From the NCBI RefSeq assembly GCF_009914755.1, contig NC_060927.1: a stretch of 64,000 nucleotides of DNA, one strand, 5' to 3'. Under the pieces are notes generated by a model. That model was not told the DNA's origin, searched no databases, and saw nothing but the letters and a program-made list of their open reading frames with translations. Below are positions 1 through 18,179 of the stretch, one piece after another. The stretch comes from the human T2T-CHM13v2.0 reference genome, Homo sapiens. Within the stretch, counting starts at the first letter, position 1. Each line of letters begins with the position of its first letter. The translations under genes and the position numbers were made by a program.

Positions 1-523
1 AAAATATGTAAAACCCCACTTGCTCAGAAATAGCTATTAAATGCTTTGGAGATGTGCATGTCTGTAAACATGTCTGTGTGCATCTGTCTATCTACTTACA
101 TCTATCTATCTATCTATCTCCTTTAGATGACATAAATTTATAAAGATTGGATGGTACTATATATACTTTTTGAGTTCAAAAAATTTTATTTAGAAGTAAT
201 TTAAACGTTATAAAAGATTGTAAAAACAGTTCAAAGCACACACACACACACACCCTCCCTTTATCCAGATTTTTACTTATTTTGTCCCACTTATTTGTTC
301 TCTGTCTCACCAACACATATACCTCTTTTATTGTTTCTGGACTTCCAACCAGTTTTGTTAAAGCCAGGTTACAGAGGAAGTCACTCATGTTTTCTTCTAG
401 GACTTGTATAGTTTTATTGCTTTCATTTAGATCTCTGCTTCATTTGTAGTTTATTCATATGTATGTTGTATGGAATTCATCTTATTTTTCTAGTTGTCCT
501 AAAACAATTAATGTATGTCAATC

Positions 524-891
524 TTTTTTTTTTTTGTTATAAAACTTATGGTTTTATTTTGCAGCAACCAAATATTCCTTATATAAGCAACAGATAAACA
601 GAGTACTTTAAAATATTTGTTTACAATAAAATTGGGCTTCCCTTCATATGTTAAATACAACTTATGTGCCAGAAAAGTGTGAAAGGAAAATAGAATCTTG
701 GGACCCCAAACTCACTATGCCAAAGGAGAAGTTAAGCTTGGGAACTGAGTCATGCAAAAACTGCCTTCCTTCTGTCCCCAGACAGATAGCTGTAATTTCA
801 CATATTTACTTTCTCTTATGTAAAATATAGATTTATTGAGCATGAGAGGAATGCATAATTGACTTATTGTTCTACTCCCTTTCTTTCTTCC
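524..891 (-). other. 3'-transduced segment carried by the L1 (second poly(A) tail 524-535, AATAAA 553-558)
   Basis: Lies inside the TSD AATGTATGTCAATCTTT (510-526 and 6925-6941). Contains a MER4-group LTR end beginning TGTGAAAGGAAAATAG at 678. Confidence 0.85.
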
Positions 892-1109
892 TTTTTTTTT
901 TTAGTTATACTTTTAAGTTTTAGGGTACATGTGCACATTGTGCAGGTTAGTTACATATGTATACATGTGCCATGCTGGTGCGCTGCACCCACTAACTCGT
1001 CATCTAGCATTAGGTATATCTCCTGATGCTATCCCTCCCCCCTCCCCCCACCCCACAACAGTCTCCAGAGTGTGATATTCCCCTTCCTGTGTCCATGTGA
1101 TCTCATTGT

Positions 1110-4953
<3,844 letters not shown>

Positions 4954-5001
4954 TTATTTTGCTCATTAGTTGATGCAGTTTCTTCCTAGTCTCGATGGTC
5001 T

Positions 5002-6017
5002 TTACATTTTGGCATGATTTTGCAGCGGCTGGTACCAGTTGTTCCTTTCCATGTTTAGTGCTTCCTTCAGGAGCTCTTGTAAGGCAGGCCTGGTGGTGAC
5101 GAAATCTCTCAGCATTTGCTTGTCTGTAAAGTATTTTATTTCTCCTTCACTTATGAAGCTTAGTTTGTCTGGATATGAAATTCTGGGTTGAAAAGTCTTT
5201 TCTTTAAGAATGTTGAATATTGGCCCCCACTCTCTTCTAGCTTGTAGGGTTTCTGCCGAGAGATCCGCTGTTAGTCTGATGGGCTTCCCTTTGAGGGTAA
5301 CCTGACCTTTCTCTCTGGCTGCCCTTAACATTTTTTCCTTCATTTCAACTTTGGTGAATCTGACAATTATGTGTCTTGGAGTTGCTCTTCTCGAGGAGTA
5401 GCTTTGTGGCGTTCTCTGTATTTCCTGAATCTGAACGTTGGCCTGCCTTGCTAGATTGGGGAAGTTCTCCTGGATAATATCCTGCAGAGTGTTTTCCAAC
5501 TTGGTTCCATTCTCCCCATCACTTTCAGGTACACCAATCAGACATAGATTTGGTCTTTTCACATAGTCCCATATTTCTTGGAGGCTTTGCTCATTTCTTT
5601 TATTTTTTTTCTCTAAACTTCCCTTCTCACTTCATTTCATTCATTTCATCTTCCATTGCTGATACCCTTTCTTCCAGTTGATCGCATCGGCTCCTGAGGC
5701 TTCTGCATTCTTCATGTAGTTCTCGAGCCTTGGTTTTCAGCTCCATCAGCTCCTTTAAGCACTTCTCTGTATTGGTTATTCTAGTTATACATTCTTCTAA
5801 ATTTTTTTCAGAGTTTTCAACTTCTTTGCCTTTGGTTTGAATGTCCTCCCGTAGCTCAGAGTAATTTGATCGTCTGAAGCCTTCTTCTCTCAGCTTGTCA
5901 AAGTCATTCTCCATCCAGCTTTGTTCCGTTGCTGGTGAGGAACTACGTTCCTTTGGAGGAGGAGAGGCGCTCTGCTTTTTAGAGTTTCCATTTTTTCTGT
6001 TCTGTTTTTTTCCCCAT
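5002..6017 (-). pseudogene. L1 ORF1, disrupted
   Basis: ATG at 6017. Only fragments are open (5627-5914, 5002-5562), with a premature TGA at 5627. Confidence 0.85.
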
Positions 6018-6469
6018 CTTTGTGGTTTTATCTACTTTTGGTCTTTGATGATGGTGATGTACAGATGGGTTTTTGGTGTGGATGTCCTTTCTGTTTGTTA
6101 GTTTTCCTTCTAACAGAGAGGACCCTCAGCTGCAGGTCTGTTGGAATACCCTGCCGTGTGAGGTGTCAGTGTGCCCCTGCTGGGGGGTGCCTCCCAGTTA
6201 GGCTGCTCGGGGGTCAGGGGTCAGGGACCCACTTGAGGCAGTCTGCCCTTTCTCAGATCTCCAGCTGCCTGCTGGGAGAACCACTGCTCTCTTCAAAGCT
6301 GTCAGATAGGGATATTTAAGTCTGCAGAGGTTACTGCTGTCTTTTTGTTTGTCTGTGCCCTGCCCCCAGAGGTGGAGCCTACAGAGGCAGGCAGGCCTCC
6401 TTGAGCTGTGGTGGGCTCCACCCAGTTGGAGCTTCCAGGCTGCTTTGTTTACCTAATCAAGCCTGGGCA

Positions 6470-6778
6470 ATGGCGGGCGCCCCTCCCCCAGCCTCGCTGC
6501 CGCCTTGCAGTTTGATCTCAGACTGCTGTGCTAGCAATCAGCAAGACTCCGTGGGCGTAGGACCCTCCGAGCCAGGTGTGGGATATAATCTCGTGGTGCG
6601 CCTTTTTTTAAGCCCATCGGAAAAGCACAGTATTCGGGTGGGAGTGACCCGATTTTCCAGGTGCCGTCTGTCACCCCTTTCTTTGACTCAGAAAGGGAAC
6701 TCCCTGACCGCTTGCGCTTCCCAAGTGAGGCAATGCCTCACCCTGCTTCGGCTCGTGCACAGTGCGTGCACCCACTGA
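6470..6778 (+). CDS. L1 antisense ORF0-like ORF (102 aa)
   Basis: Begins MAGAPPPASLPPCSLISDCCASNQ..., the primate L1 ORF0 N-terminus. ATG at 6470. Splice donors CAG|GT at 6576 and 6661. Confidence 0.55.
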   Translation: MAGAPPPASLPPCSLISDCCASNQQDSVGVGPSEPGVGYNLVVRLFLSPSEKHSIRVGVTRFSRCRLSPLSLTQKGNSLTACASQVRQCLTLLRLVHSACTH

Positions 6779-7944
6779 CCTGTGCCCACTGTCTGGCACT
6801 CCCTAGTGAGATGAACCCGGCACCTCAGATGGAAATGCAGAAATCACCCGTCTTCTGCGTTGCTCACGCTGGGAGCTGTAGACTGGAGCTGTTCCTGTTC
6901 GGCCATCTTGGCTCCTCCCTTTCCAATGTATGTCAATCTTTGCCCAGTGATTTGCAATACTATCTTGATCGTATATTAAATTTCTATGTGTATCTGGATC
7001 TATTCTGGATTTTCTATACTATTCCATTGATCTGTCTATTCACTTGCCAGTACCTCACTGTTTTGATATAGAGGCTTTGTAATATGTTTTAGTTTCTGGT
7101 AATGCTAGTCCCCACTCAGCTCTGTCTTTTCATTATTTTCCTAGTGATTCTTGCATATTCATTTTTCCATATGAACTTTATTAACAACTTGTTTAACTTC
7201 ATTAAAAAAACTTGATATTTTTATTAAGACTGTATTAAAATTATAAATTAAATTAGGTAGAACTATCATCTTACTAACTAGCTATCAACCAAGAATATGG
7301 AATTTGTTCAGGTCAACTCTGTCTCTTGGGAGTGCTTTATAGTTATCTTTGTATAGGCTTTGAACATTTTCCTTTCATTATGTATTCTAATTGGTTATTA
7401 TTTGTATATATAAAGCTATTTATTTTTGCATGTTAATTTCATTTCCTGCTACCTCGATGAATAACTTTATTGTTTGAGTTTGCTTTATCATTATCTGGGA
7501 TTTTCCAGATATACTGTCAGATCATCTGAAAACAGAAAATAGTCTTTTCTTTTATTCTTACAATTTTAATATGTCTGTTTTCTATTGTCCACTTGTACTA
7601 GCTAATAATTCCAAAACAATAGGGGTCAAGATATTGAGCATTGTTGTCTAGTTCTTGACCTTAGTGAGACTGCCTTTAGCATTTCTCCACCAAGGAAAAG
7701 GCTAGCTTTTGGAATTTTATGCAAAGACACACACACATATATATGCACATATTTATACATATGTATACATACACATACATAGCTAATGTTAGGTGTACCA
7801 TGTTAACATACATAAACATAAATACATTTACATCAAATAAGTATTCATACATCTCTGTTTTCTAAAGAGATGTTTTAAGAATGGATCTTGTTTTACCCAA
7901 GTTTTTTTTCAGTATGTGTGCAGAACATCATATGTTTTTTCAAT

Positions 7945-8224
7945 TTATTTATTTGTGTATTTGAAACAGTGTCTTGCTGTCTCACCCAGAGTGGAGTGCA
8001 GGCGCAATCACAGCTCACTGTAGCCTCCACCCCCTGAGCTCCAGTGATCATCCCACCTCAGCCTCCTGAGCAGCTGAGACTACCGGTGCCCTCCACCACA
8101 CCTGGCTAATTGTATTTTTTTTATAGAGAAGGGGGTTTCGCTATGTTGCCCAAGTTGGTCTCAAATCCTGGGCTCAAGCCATCCATCCGCTTCGGATTAC
8201 AGGCATTAGCCACCATGCCCAGCC
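7945..8224 (-). mobile_element. AluJ-like
   Basis: Diverged antisense Alu (cacagctcactgtagcctcc...ggattacaggc). Confidence 0.85.
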
Positions 8225-9539
8225 TTATTTTTTCCCTTTAGGCCTATTAATATAGAAAATGCTATGAAAAGATTTCCCAATATATTAATATATGTCCTAT
8301 GATAGTGAGCTATATTAATAGATTTTCTAATATTGAACCATTCTTACATTTCTGATAGACACTCCATGTAGACATAGTGTATTACTTTCTTCACGTGGTG
8401 TTTGAGTCTAAAAACTAGTATTATATTAGGATTTTTGCCTTAATATATTTTTTGTTATTTTTAACAGGTTTAGTATCAATGTTTGCTTCCTAAAAAGAAT
8501 TTAGATTGTTTATTTTCCCTGTTCTGAAACATTGTACATAACGTTAGGACCATATGGTCTCTAAAAGTTTGGTAACATTCTCCTGTGAAACCATTTGGAC
8601 CTGGTTTTGTTTGGTTCGTTTCTTTGTGGGAACAGCAACCCCAGCTTGGTTTCTTTGTGGGACAGTTTCTTGACAACTTTCTGTAGTTCTATTAAAATTA
8701 CTGTTTAAGCTTTCCATCTTTATTGAGGTCAATTTTAATAAACACATTTTCCTAAGAAACTATATCATCTAGGTTTTCAAATTTATGTGCAGAGATTTGC
8801 AGTTTTTATTTTTATTTCCTCTGCATTAGTTATTCCTTGTCATTTCTCATTTTTTATATTTGTGCTTTATTAAATAATAGCTAATGATCGATCTATTTTG
8901 TTAATTTTTCAAAGAGCTAGTATTTTAATCTATTTGCTATTTTTCTTATTTATTAATTTCTGCTTTTGTTATTGTTACTTCCTCCTGTGTGCTTCCTTTT
9001 GGTTTATTTTTCTAGCTGTTTGATTTACTATTTATGTTCATTCTGTCATTTTTATTTATATAGATGGTAGGGCAATGAATTTTCCTGATAATACTTTTAC
9101 ATGGATTCTGATATATAGTATTTTCATTATCTTTCAGGAATTCCTTAATTTTTGTATTTCCCCTTTCATTGTACCCTGCATAATAGGTTTTAAATTGCTA
9201 GTTAGAAAGACCTTTTTATTTTCTAGTTTTGTTTTTAATTTCACTTGGGACTGGTAACAGTGTTTTTAATATTTCTGCTTTATAGAAGCTACTGCTATTT
9301 TCTTTGTGCTCTAAGTATCCTTTTTTTTTGGTGAAAGTTCTATTTGCCTTGGAAAGAAAATCTCTAACATCAGGATGGTAATATTTGATATATATGCAAA
9401 AGATTTACCTCATTGATTTATAGCAATTAAAATGAGCTACAGTGACAGCCCCATTAAGTGAAACTCACATAATTATGAAGGAAAAATGCAGACACACTGT
9501 GAGTGTTAGTTGATGAACTTCTCTTCTCCCTTAGAATCT

Positions 9540-9800
9540 GTCTGTTGGGGATCTGGTGGCAACCAAGGTTGCCGGGCCTTTTTGGCTTTCTTGGGCACTA
9601 GACTACAAGTCATTGTTGTCCTGGGAAGTGTCCCCAGGTGTAGCCAAAAATTATTTTAACTGGATTCAGAAAAAATCTCTCAAATTGGACAATGGATTGA
9701 TATAACCTTGTAGGTAGGTCCTTTTGAACCAATACACACCCAGCGGTTGTAACTGATATGACTGCAAGTATTGTGGGAAACAGATACTGTAAGTTCCCAG
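9540..9800 (+). mobile_element. Highly decayed ERVL-like protease fossil
   Basis: Manual translation gives VCWGSGGNQGCRAFLAFLGTRLQVIVVLG ... ITL*VGPFEPIHT/AVVTDMTASIVG. This resembles ERVL protease VHWGKG..FRGLLDTGSELTLIPG...LTVGPVGPRTHPVV..PECIIG. Confidence 0.4.
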
Positions 9801-10770
9801 TGGAGTGCATAAGTTAAACAGGCAGTATGGTTTCCAAATATGCAGTTCCACAGAAGGGCATTCTATTTGGATAGAATGTTTAATGATTTAATGATGGGGG
9901 GTGGGGGAAGGATAAGATGCAGATAAATTGTAAGAGACAAAACTCATATTAGCCCTTTTCAGTCTTCGTTTTCCCTCCTATGCCTCCCTCTGGGTAACTG
10001 GGCTACCGAATTTGCAAGTGGCAAAAAGGAGTGGGGATACAGGCTAGAAGACTTTAACTGGTACTTCTTTTACTGCCCAACTTTGCGTTGTGGATCTGGT
10101 AGATTATGGATATTTGTAATGATCATAGATACAAGGTGACAACTGCCATGGTATCTCTGGCATGGCTCACCTGTTGGGGAGCAAGAGGGATGTTCTAGAA
10201 TGGTACAGTGTATAAGGAAGAAACCACCGAGCCACCTAGAAATGAACATGTCCAGTTGGTGTGGATTAGACATGGTGAGGATTGGCAAAAGGGTGAAGCG
10301 TTTGCTTCAGGGAATTATCACACCACTCATGTTGTGGAAAGGGAAAAGCAACCCCAGCTTGTAGGAAAGAAACACCTCACACCCTGGGAAATCAGGGGTG
10401 AGGGAAGTAGCATTGCCCTCTCCTACATTAAATATCTCTGGAAGGACACATAGGAAGGGGATGAAGAGGGGAAAATGTCTTTAGTCTTTTGTACCTGCTG
10501 AATTTTGAACCAAGTGACTATTTTATATAGTTTAAAAAACATTAAACATTTAAAAATAAAATTGTACCTAAACCTCAAACTAAAATTTAGAAATTAATAG
10601 TCCCAGTCATAATGCGAGGGCACTACGTAAGGACCTAGAATATAAAAGTACTCAATAAAAACAAGTTAGATTTTCTTTTAAAGTGACATACGCTTAAGTC
10701 ATACAATTTTTGGGTATGAAATTGTTTTAAAGATGTATATGTACAAGAATAGTGCAAGCTGTTAACTATT

Positions 10771-10776
10771 TTTATT
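10771..10776 (-). terminator. Distal poly(A) signal AATAAA of EIF5A2
   Basis: TTTATT on the + strand at the end of the repeat-poor UTR block. Other AATAAA copies at 12678-12683, 14826-14831 and 15698-15703. Confidence 0.7.
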
Positions 10777-13700
10777 TAATACAACTGATGAAGTTAACAG
10801 ACAAATATATTTTAATAATATCACAAAGTTATAATTGTTAAGGTATTATCTATATTTAAAGGTTTTTTAAGTCAAAGACTTAACATTTGAATTTTAACTA
10901 TTTTTGAAATGTAAAATGTACAATTAGTAATACCCATACTACGTATTTTAGAATTTTAAAGTTTTAGCGAAAACATTTGAGTTTCTGCAGGTAAAAGCAA
11001 TAGTTCTCCTGTATCTAAGAAAAAAAAATGTATTACTAAAAAAGTGCCACTGAATTTAGACAATGCTAAACTGTTTCCTTTTTGGGGAGGAAGACAAAAG
11101 TACATAACAGTATAGAACTAGTCATTTTCATTATACTAGTATAGAACTAGTAATTTGCATTATGCTTTGTAACAAGCACAAGAATGCTTATTTATAGTAG
11201 ATATTAACCACAATAAATAACTCCTCAAAAAAGATCACAACTATGATGTGTGACAAGCTGTTCGGTCATTGCTGAAAATAGTCCAGAGTTTTTTAAAAAG
11301 TGCAATCTTGAACTAAGATAAACTTAAGTCTATCAATACCAAGAAACAGTTTTAGGGACTTCATATAAATACAATAACCTGTCTTTTTTTTTTTTTTTTT
11401 TTTTTTTTTTGTAAAATAGGTTTCTACCTGTTCTAAGGAGGAGAATAGTGGTAGATGGCAAAGTTGGCAACAAGTATGTTTCTAGCAGGTGAAAGCCTGG
11501 TATGCATTGCCATAAAGTGCATCTTTTACATAAGGAAAACATGCTTATTAGATGTATACAGTACTTTTCAGGCACTTGACCTCACTTGGTAGCTAAGTTG
11601 GTGTTCAGATGTTTGTTTAATGGAAAAACATTAAATTACATATTGGCTTCAAGCCATGTTCCCATAGAACATCTGTGTTTCATAAGCTAAATCCAAATGT
11701 TCCCTGCTAAAATCAAATAATGATGCCATATACCCAATTCAGAGAAAAAATTTAATAGATTAAATAGATTGAATTGTCTCAATTTTTAAGGTTTTCCACC
11801 ATAAATTTTTCTTAAATCTTTGTTGCCTGTTACTTGTCTGAATGTTAGCAGAAAAAAAAGGCTTGAAAACTATGAAATATTATGCCTAACTGATGTTAAA
11901 ATGAGAGCTGCTGATCAGTACAATATACTGTTAATGGAAATATGCTTATATTTTCACTCTTACACTGCTTAAGAGCCATATTTTCTCATAGTAAATGCGT
12001 TCCTAGTTCATATTACAGAATTCAGTATGTAAACATTTCAGTGTACCCAAAAAAGCATTATGAATTTATCTATTATCCCTAAATATGTTTGGTGAACCTC
12101 TACATCAATGCCTGGCTCCAAAACTATCTCTGGGGTCCATGCCAAAGGAATGCTTTCAGATGTATCCTAAGGATAGGATTCTAAGATGAGACTGCCAAAA
12201 TCTATTCTAAAATGAAAAAAATATGGCAAGATTCCAGTATGGATGCTACTGTTTCCATTTTTTTCTTGACTATTTAGCATGTAGTTTAAGTGTGTTGACA
12301 TTAAGGATTTTTTTATATGCATGTATCACAGTTATTACAATTTGGGAAAATTCTGCCAATATATTTTCAGGCAATTAGCTTTAAAATAATGAAATTTCAG
12401 CTTTTAGCACAAATAGCCCTGAGAACAATGCATTCAAATTACAGCTCAACTAGAAATATTCTAATTGAGAAACCTTAAAGTACAAAAACAAGTTGTGGAA
12501 AGTTGTAAATTTAAAAAAAAAAAGTTACCAACAGTTGAGGCACCAACAGACTACAATACTTTTAAGAGTTGGGAGTTTGGAAAAAAGAACTAACATATAA
12601 AGTTATGTGCGCACATGTGCACATGCAAATTGCATTGTAATGAAAAATTGTGTCTCCAAATTTTACAGCCTAATCATTTTATTGCAGTATCTCCTATTAT
12701 AGATATCATGCTCTGATGCAGGAGAGTTTTGGTAATTAACATAAAGCGCTGGTACAGAGACTTGTATCATTAAGGGAAACAGAGTCAAGAGCTTGGTTAG
12801 CAACAGTTTCTTCAAGTGACTGAGCCCCTGGAAGGGAGCATGAAAAAAACATCATAATTATGTTTATGATGCAAATGCTAAGTCAAAGTAGCAATGATAT
12901 GATCTATGTTGTAGCAAATAAGGTATAACAAAGTCTTCACAGTATAAATAAAATGTTCTAAAAAGAAACAAATATTCAACCTGTTAATAAATTGGTGAAA
13001 TGTATACAGATAAAAATGGCTTATCACTGTACAATGATATCAACATGACAGTCCACATTCTATACATGGTAACTCGTGATTTTTAACATTTGCTACAAAA
13101 AAGTACAACAAATATTGGGAATCAACTTTAACATTTCTGATGTCTAAAAAGAATGAAGTCACTTCTGTTCTATGTTAAAAAATACATGTTCCCCGCTTCC
13201 TTTTAATATAATTTATAAAGCTTTACTAAATATTTTGTTCTAGAGAAACATCTATTGACTTATGTGAAAATAAAGTCCCATATCTTTAAAATCTATACTT
13301 ATATATCGAGTATTTACACTTCATATATTACTTAAAATGAAAATATTTATGCATAAATAGCGTTTGCCATTCAAAGTATGAAGATAGAGATGCATTATTA
13401 TAATTTGTACACCCTTAATTTGTACACAATTGAAAATATATTTATGTGAAATTTTACAAGTTAGGAAGAACAGGGGCATGCTAATTGAGAGTTAATACTG
13501 AATCATAACACCAGCATGGTTAAGAGGGGCCATATGAATGAACTGCAAGCAGCACGGATTAATAATTTTCTGGAATTCCTATGAGTTACAATGCCAACCA
13601 GTAGCAATTAAGATACACATTACAGAGTACTAAGAAACTAGAGCAGTATGTAGTAGGTACTTAAATAGAATACTGGAAAGAATGTAGCCTAATTTTAATT

Positions 13701-14414
13701 GTGCTTTAGATGGGCAAAAGCTAAAATGTTGTAGGAAAGACGACTAACTACTACCTCACTATTTCTTGTGCTTTAGAAATTTCCTTTGTATTTCTCTTAA
13801 AGTATCTTGCTTCTTCCCCAAATTGGTTTGCCGAGGCTAAGACAATATTTAAAAGTGTGTACAAATTAAGCAACTAAAACTTGGGATCTTCTGTTACTAA
13901 TGCTATTTCCAGTCACTGATTAGATCAGTTACATCATCATATATGATATACTTTCCTTTAGAAGATAGGAACAAAGGGCTTTTTAGAGGTCAAGGCATGA
14001 TGGGAGAGGTCTAAGAGCCAGTCTTAGAGAATTAAGGTATTTCTGAGATAGTGATTTTGTTCTATGTTTTGCTCCAATATGATGATTGTCACTGAGTCAA
14101 AGGTCCTCACAAACCCTGTAATAATGTCTAAAATTCTGGAAATAATATACATATGACTCAAAAGATGAAATAGAAATGCAGTGGTGTCACCTAAAATACC
14201 TTTTAAAATAATTCAGTTTATAGAATTATTTGCTAGTTATAGTTCACACCAGCAACTGAATTAAGTCACACAACAATCAGAAAAAATGCATATACTTAAA
14301 ATAACTTAACTTAAATAATAATATTCATATAAAGTAATGCTGCTTCCATGATTCACTTTAATTCACTTTAGGAAAAAAAGGACATAAAATTAACAAAAAT
14401 TCCAAATCAATTTA

Positions 14415-14826
<412 letters not shown>

Positions 14827-15698
14827 TTATTCAACATAGTTGGAAAACAAGCATTGCATAGTATCATGTAAAGCAGATCACTCCCTTTAAACGTTGGGGG
14901 CAAAGTTAAAAGCAAAAACAACTGAGAAACAACTTTTCATTTTTATGCTGACTTACAAAGTCCTCACATAAAAACTTATAGATTTAATCAACCCTCTTTG
15001 CCACTGTCTTTTGTGTCTTCCTTATAATCTTACTTGCTAACTAACTTTCACCCAACAGTTCAGTGCCCTTCTGCCAACCATAAGAAGGGACTAAAACCAC
15101 CATATAAGGTTACATCAAGTTTGCCAACAATTTGGTAAATAGTATGACCAAAGTAATCACATGGTTGCATGTGGCCACCAAAATAACTGACAGTTTTTGA
15201 TAACATGATTTTTGTTTAAGGATTTGTGTTTGCCCTACACAGGCTGAAAGTGCAACAATTCCAATATATAATCAGTTCATTTTATATTAAATCTGTAATT
15301 AATGCAGAGCAGTTCAACTTAAATATGGTACTTCAATACCACTTTATGCTACATTGTTTGATTTAAAACCCTGGTTTATCATCTAACTAAAACACAGGAA
15401 TGATTTGCTCAGACAAATCACATCTGCTGAAGCTATCTTGTTTGTTTCTTGGACTGACATACTGAAAACCACAGGAATATTATAGGAAACATATCTACAA
15501 AATTCAAAAAAAATTATACATATTGATAATTTTTTAAAAATTATCAATTGCTTGCAAAACTAACCCAGCACAATCTGAAAACAATTAAAAAAAGAAATGA
15601 GGTTGCTTATGAAGGCTATAGCTTTGGTGACAACTTAGAACCAAATTAGATCTGCAGTTGATTCAGACATAAACAGTGTTCATGCCTGATGTTTCCGT

Positions 15699-15758
15699 TT
15701 ATTTGCAGGGTTTTATGGCTACAGCATATTCTTCACTCATTGCACACATGACAGACAC
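15699..15758 (-). CDS. EIF5A2: EIF5A2 exon 5 coding part (aa 135-153 + TAA)
   Basis: Encodes VSVMCAMSEEYAVAIKPCK*. Acceptor TTCCTTCTAG. The four coding parts total 55+35+44+19 = 153 aa, all introns phase 0. Confidence 0.97.
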   Translation of the reverse strand: MSVMCAMSEEYAVAIKPCK

Positions 15759-16089
15759 CTAGAAGGAAAAAAGCAGGCAAAACGTTATTCAGAAGACAAT
15801 ACATATAGAAGATATAATTAGTTCCTCATATATTGTATATTTGTGGATATTTTGTACATATGGACTTCTGAAAGGGGTATTCCAAAACAAGCTACTTTCT
15901 TTACAGTTTTCTAAAGCAGAATTTCTCAGAGTGGTTTGTAAGACAACTTCCAGGGAACAGGAAAAATAACTATAAATGTTTGAACACTTACTACCCGTTA
16001 CATTTCTGAAAGTTGTAACGAAGACAGTAAATCTCCTTCACTCTTTAACATTCCACTAGCATCATTTCTTACCTGTAAGAATAGCTCAG

Positions 16090-16384
16090 GGCTGGGCGCC
16101 TTGCTCAGGCCTGTAATCCCAGCACTTTTGGGAGGCCAAGGTTGGGGGATCACCTGAGGTCAGGAGTTCAAAACCAGCTTGGCCAACATGCTGAAACCCA
16201 ATCTTTACTAAAAATACAAAAATTAGCCAGATGTGGTGGCACGCGCCTGCAATCCCAGCTACTCAGGAGGCTGAGGGGAGAATCGCTTGAACCTGGGACG
16301 CGGAGGTTGCAATGAGCCGAGATCACGCCACTGCACTCCAGCCTGGGTGACAGAGGGAGACTCCGTCTCAAAAAAAAAAAAAAA
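16090..16384 (+). mobile_element. AluS (intron 4)
   Basis: Full Alu dimer with A-tail. Confidence 0.93.
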
Positions 16385-16630
16385 GTCAGGTGCAGAGCTT
16401 CAAAACAAATTTGGGTTTGAGAGTAATGCTGATGTAGCAAAAATGAACTTTGATACTTTCTTTGATAATGAGTCTCTAAGGGTTTTATGGAAAACCTGCC
16501 TGAGAGATCATTTTCAACATTTTAGCAGTATTTTTAAACCACATTCCATATGTAGTATTTTATGTTAACTAGTTGAGGTCAAAGTTTTTATAAAATGGTT
16601 TTCAAAAATAATCCTTCTCTAAGTCTTTAC

Positions 16631-16762
16631 CTGTACATCTTCACCTGCATTGTATTTTCCCTCTATTTCTTTGCCTAGTTCACCTTCTGGCAGTTTAAGA
16701 TCCTCACGAACTTCACCAGTTTCTGTCAGCAGGGAAAGGTAACCATCTTGAATGCATATCAG
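16631..16762 (-). CDS. EIF5A2: EIF5A2 exon 4 (aa 91-134)
   Basis: 132 nt encoding LICIQDGYLSLLTETGEVREDLKLPEGELGKEIEGKYNAGEDVQ. Acceptor TCTAATAG, donor CAG|GTAAAG. Confidence 0.97.
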
Positions 16763-17083
16763 CTATTAGAAGAAATTATATCATTTGTGCTGATTAGATT
16801 ATATCCACTTCTGTGTAATGCTTACATAGTTAAATTGCAATTGATATTAATTCATATAAGTATACAGTAATATATTAATATTCTTGGTATTTAAAATGCT
16901 AAAAATATAAAAAATATAAAATATGTACAGAATGGAAATATAAGTTTACTCCTCCCGGTACTTCCCATACCCAATCTCTGCCTTGTTAAACAGTTTAGGT
17001 TTCTTTATAGTGTATTCCATTTATGTTCACAAAATAAATATAGTTGCTGTTTTGTTTTTTTTTTTAATCAAAATGGGATATTG

Positions 17084-17423
<340 letters not shown>

Positions 17424-18179
17424 TTAATAATATGTCTTATAAATACTTTCTAAGCAGAAAATGTAAACCTACCTTAGTTAACTACCACATATCTGCATGG
17501 ACATACTATTACTGATTTAACCAATTTCACATTACTGGGCATAAAAGTTATTTTTGCTATTACAAACAATGCATTTTCTAATTTGAGTATGAACAAAATT
17601 AAGTGGAAAACTTTTGGTCTTCAGTCAACAACAACAACAACAACAAAATCCACTAGTGTATGGATAACATTAGTGAAAAAAAAAAACCCAGTTGTCAACC
17701 CAACCTGCAAAAAAGCACGGTTTTGATACCACTGAACTTCTTTTACTACAGGAATGAGTAAACAACCAACCTCCACTCATTTATTCTATTAATAAAAGCA
17801 TGTACACTATTAGTATGCCTCGAATCCTAACATGTTTTATAAAAGGCTACCATCCAGAATACCAGCTACTAATATCTACAAAAGGAGTCAAAGACAATGG
17901 TCCTTGAACCCCTGTAACCACTATGATATAACCCAGGCATATCGTTGGGATTGCTCTCCTCCACATACACCATCTACCAAAACTGCCTATGGCTCTCCAC
18001 AGAAACTCCATCTATCACAGGAAATTTGAGTTTTTATATGTCTAGAAATCTCAAAAATAAGAAATCCTACAGAGCTACAACAAAGACTTTTAACTAACCT
18101 CTTAGACCCTCAAATATTTGTGAGGTGGCTGGTAGAGAAGTGGGAGCAAGGAGGTTGAGGTAGAAGTGTAACTTTTTAA

